Positions 61,646-64,000 of a stretch of DNA of 64,000 bases are shown piece after piece. Below the pieces are notes generated by a model. The model saw only the letters and a list, made by a program, of their open reading frames with translations, ran no database searches and was not told the origin of the DNA. Source of the DNA: an uncultured Lachnospiraceae bacterium (GTDB lineage: Bacteria > Bacillota > Clostridia > Lachnospirales > Lachnospiraceae); contig CANRFJ010000012.1 in assembly GCA_947629865.1 (NCBI GenBank), forward strand, positions 8,520 through 72,519, read 5' to 3'. The translations under genes were made by a program, and so were the position numbers. Position 1 is the first letter of the stretch. The number at the start of each line of letters is the position of its first letter.

Positions 61646-62779
61646 ATGAAAGAGAAGATTATCGCAATTATTTTTTGCCTTGTCATATGTGGGATTTCCG
61701 TATCAACGCTGTTTCGAATGATTGTGGTGGAACCCGCCAAGCAGGAGGAGGCGGCAGGGGCGGACGTCCAGACAGAGGAAAATACCATTGCGGAGTATCA
61801 TGAAAAAGAAAAAGAACTTATGAAGCAGAGTCAGGAGGGCAAAGAGGCTGCTGTTCAGGAGGAAAAGGAAGAAAATTTTCTGGATACGGTTGACAACGCA
61901 GTGAATCATTTTACGGATGGACTGAGCGGCAAGGAAGAAGGAGCAAAGATAAATTCGGAAATTTCCTCTGTGGTATCAGGAAATACATATATCGAATCAA
62001 AAACAGTGCTGCTTGGTAAAAACAACTGGCTTTTTTATAAGGCGGCAGATGACGGCGATTCAATTTCTGACTACAAAGGAACAAATCATTATACGAAGGA
62101 AAAAATGAAAGATATTATGAAAAAACTGGAACGTGAAAAGGCCGTCTTAAAGAGCAAAGGGGCGCAGATGGTTCTTTTGATGCTTCCGAATAAAGAGAGC
62201 GTGTATGCGGAATATATGCCGGATAACGTGAAACGCAAATCAGAAAAAACACGGATGGATATCTTTGCCGATTACCTGCAAAAATATTCAAAACTGAAGG
62301 TGGTTTATCCGAAGCAGGAGTTAGTAGCTGCGAAGTCTGTATACCAGACCTACTATAAGACAGATACACACTGGAACCAGATTGGCGTGTTTATCGGAGT
62401 GCAGGCGTTAAAGGAAAAGATCGATGGCAGTTTTGATTCTCTTGAGAAGGTGGAGTTTGGGATTGAGAAGAAGAATTATGCAGGTGATTTGGCAAAACTG
62501 TGTAAAATGACAGACACCTATCATGATGATATAAAATATGCCTTAAAACCATCCTCTGTAAATAAAGACATAAAGTCCGGAAAAAAACTCCTCATTATCG
62601 GAGATTCATTTAGCGATTTAATGCCGGAAATTGCAAAGAAATATTTTGCAGAGGTCAGGACAGTGGGAGTGTGGAACTTCAGCCTGGAGGATGTGGAGAA
62701 GTACAAACCGGATATCGTGGTGTGGGAATGTGTAGAAAGATATCTGGACAGGTATGACTGGATTAAACTGGATAAATAG
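61646..62779 (+). CDS. Membrane-anchored AlgJ/AlgX-like SGNH O-acetyltransferase
   Basis: N-terminal TM; GKNNWLFY, PNKE, KTDTHWN (DxH), IIGDSF (Ser). Confidence 0.82.
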   Translation: MKEKIIAIIFCLVICGISVSTLFRMIVVEPAKQEEAAGADVQTEENTIAEYHEKEKELMKQSQEGKEAAVQEEKEENFLDTVDNAVNHFTDGLSGKEEGAKINSEISSVVSGNTYIESKTVLLGKNNWLFYKAADDGDSISDYKGTNHYTKEKMKDIMKKLEREKAVLKSKGAQMVLLMLPNKESVYAEYMPDNVKRKSEKTRMDIFADYLQKYSKLKVVYPKQELVAAKSVYQTYYKTDTHWNQIGVFIGVQALKEKIDGSFDSLEKVEFGIEKKNYAGDLAKLCKMTDTYHDDIKYALKPSSVNKDIKSGKKLLIIGDSFSDLMPEIAKKYFAEVRTVGVWNFSLEDVEKYKPDIVVWECVERYLDRYDWIKLDK

Positions 62780-62796
62780 AAATGGAGGAATGAAAG

Positions 62797-63672
62797 ATGG
62801 CAGGAAAAAAACTTTATAAGGTGTTGACTATTCTGATGACTGTCGCTCTGTGCTGGAACAGCGCAGCGCCATCCTGTATACAGGCTTCTACGGCAAAACA
62901 GGTGCTAAAGGGGAAGAATGGCTGGCTTTTCTATAAAAACGAGTCCGATGGGTGCAACATTCCGGAATACAGAGGAAATAACCACTATTCCAAGGGGACG
63001 ATGAAGAATATAAGGAAAAACCTGCTGAAAATGGAAAAGGCAGTAAAAAGCAGAGGAGCAGTTTTTGTTGTATGTATTGTGCCAAATAAGGAAGTGATGT
63101 ATCCGGAATATATGCCGGACAATATAAAAAGAAAGTCAAAGGTGACAAGAGCAGACCAACTGGTAAAATATCTGAAAAAAAGTACAAAACTTAAAATTGT
63201 ATATCCAAAACAGGAGCTTATGGCAGCAAAGGAAAATCATCAGGTCTACTATAAGACAGATACACATTGGAATGGAAAGGGACGTTTTATCGGGGTACAG
63301 GCATTGCGGAAGGAAATTCTTGGGACGGAGAAATCCATTGATGATGTTCGTTTCAAAGTAACAGCCAAAAAGTATTCCGGTGATCTGGCAAGATTGCTGG
63401 GACAGTCCTCCCGCTATCGCACCGATACAAAATATTCGCCTGTTCAAAAGATAAAGAAGAAAGAACGAAGCAAAAAGGATCTTTTAATTGTAGGAGATTC
63501 CTTTGGACATGAAATGACAGGTCAGGCAGATAAATATTTCGGGAAGGTTTTGTACAGCGGTATCTGGGAATTTAAGATGTCACAAATCAGAAAAGGTACC
63601 GATGTTGTAGTATGGGAAGGGGCAGAGCGGTATCTGGACCGCTTTGGATCAATAAAACTATACAATAGATAG
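62797..63672 (+). CDS. Secreted AlgJ/AlgX-like SGNH O-acetyltransferase (paralog of the previous gene)
   Basis: Signal-peptide-like N-terminus; GKNGWLFY, PNKE, KTDTHWN, IVGDSF. Confidence 0.82.
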   Translation: MAGKKLYKVLTILMTVALCWNSAAPSCIQASTAKQVLKGKNGWLFYKNESDGCNIPEYRGNNHYSKGTMKNIRKNLLKMEKAVKSRGAVFVVCIVPNKEVMYPEYMPDNIKRKSKVTRADQLVKYLKKSTKLKIVYPKQELMAAKENHQVYYKTDTHWNGKGRFIGVQALRKEILGTEKSIDDVRFKVTAKKYSGDLARLLGQSSRYRTDTKYSPVQKIKKKERSKKDLLIVGDSFGHEMTGQADKYFGKVLYSGIWEFKMSQIRKGTDVVVWEGAERYLDRFGSIKLYNR

Positions 63673-63707
63673 TATTAAAAAGAATAATGAAGGAGATGTC
63701 AGACAAA

Positions 63708-64000
63708 ATGATGAACAAAACAGCGATGAGGAGAAAGAGATATTCAGGTTTTCTTGCTTTTGCAATCGCACTGCTGTTACTCGTGGAGACGGTGTTCGAT
63801 GTAAAGACAGCAGGGGCAGAGCCGGCGGATCATGAGACGCCGCCCGCTTCGCAGCCGACGGCGGAGGAGACAGTAGTACCGACGGCGACAGCGTCCCCTT
63901 CAATCAGTCCGACTTTGGCACCGACTCCGGAGCCGACACAAAAACCAACACCAAAACCGACGCCAAAACCAACCCCGACAGCCACTCAGAAACCGCATGT
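63708..64000 (+). CDS. Secreted/surface protein with Pro/Thr-rich linker (truncated by window end)
   Basis: MMNKTAMRRKRYSGFLAFAIALLLLVET...AGA then ...PTPEPTQKPTPKPTPKPTPT; frame open from 63687 to the end; not in the ORF track. Confidence 0.75.
   Translation, partial: MMNKTAMRRKRYSGFLAFAIALLLLVETVFDVKTAGAEPADHETPPASQPTAEETVVPTATASPSISPTLAPTPEPTQKPTPKPTPKPTPTATQKPH

Noticed and set aside
63920-63990. CCAAAACCGAC-like DNA repeats at the window end
   Set aside because: Explained by the PTPK linker of the secreted protein.
59220-64000. Duplicated ssrA 3' end (attR) or integrase closing an island
   Set aside because: No second copy of the tmRNA 3' sequence and no integrase were found before the window end; they may lie beyond it.

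Overview
64 kb of chromosome from a spore-forming Clostridia-class Firmicute, probably Lachnospiraceae (inferred from gene content and order); nearly all genes are on the + strand. Core blocks: 3' end of groEL, guaB, rpsT/gpr/spoIIP, metH, two GT2 genes plus LCP, ilvN-ilvC, a lysine riboswitch heading dapA-dapB-murF-priA-def-fmt-yugP-rsmB-rlmN-stp-pknB-rsgA-rpe-tcdA, ychF-lgt, the dcw cluster (mraZ to ftsZ), and secG-rnr-smpB-ssrA. Accessory or unusual parts: (i) a divergent XRE/XRE-LytTR regulator trio; (ii) a candidate vitamin B6 salvage unit (HmpT/PdxU2-type ECF S component, pyridoxamine-pyruvate aminotransferase-like enzyme, MocR-style operator); (iii) a ~155 bp stack of five hairpins and a 54-bp tandem repeat, both possibly REP-like; (iv) a hybrid sensor kinase plus tyrosine recombinase cassette between tcdA and ychF; (v) an AT-richer block after tmRNA with a Fic gene and an MBOAT plus two AlgJ/AlgX-like O-acetylation genes behind a perfect 26-bp palindrome. 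No CRISPR array, tRNA, rRNA, prophage or transposase was seen. All calls come from motif recognition by eye; no searches were run.
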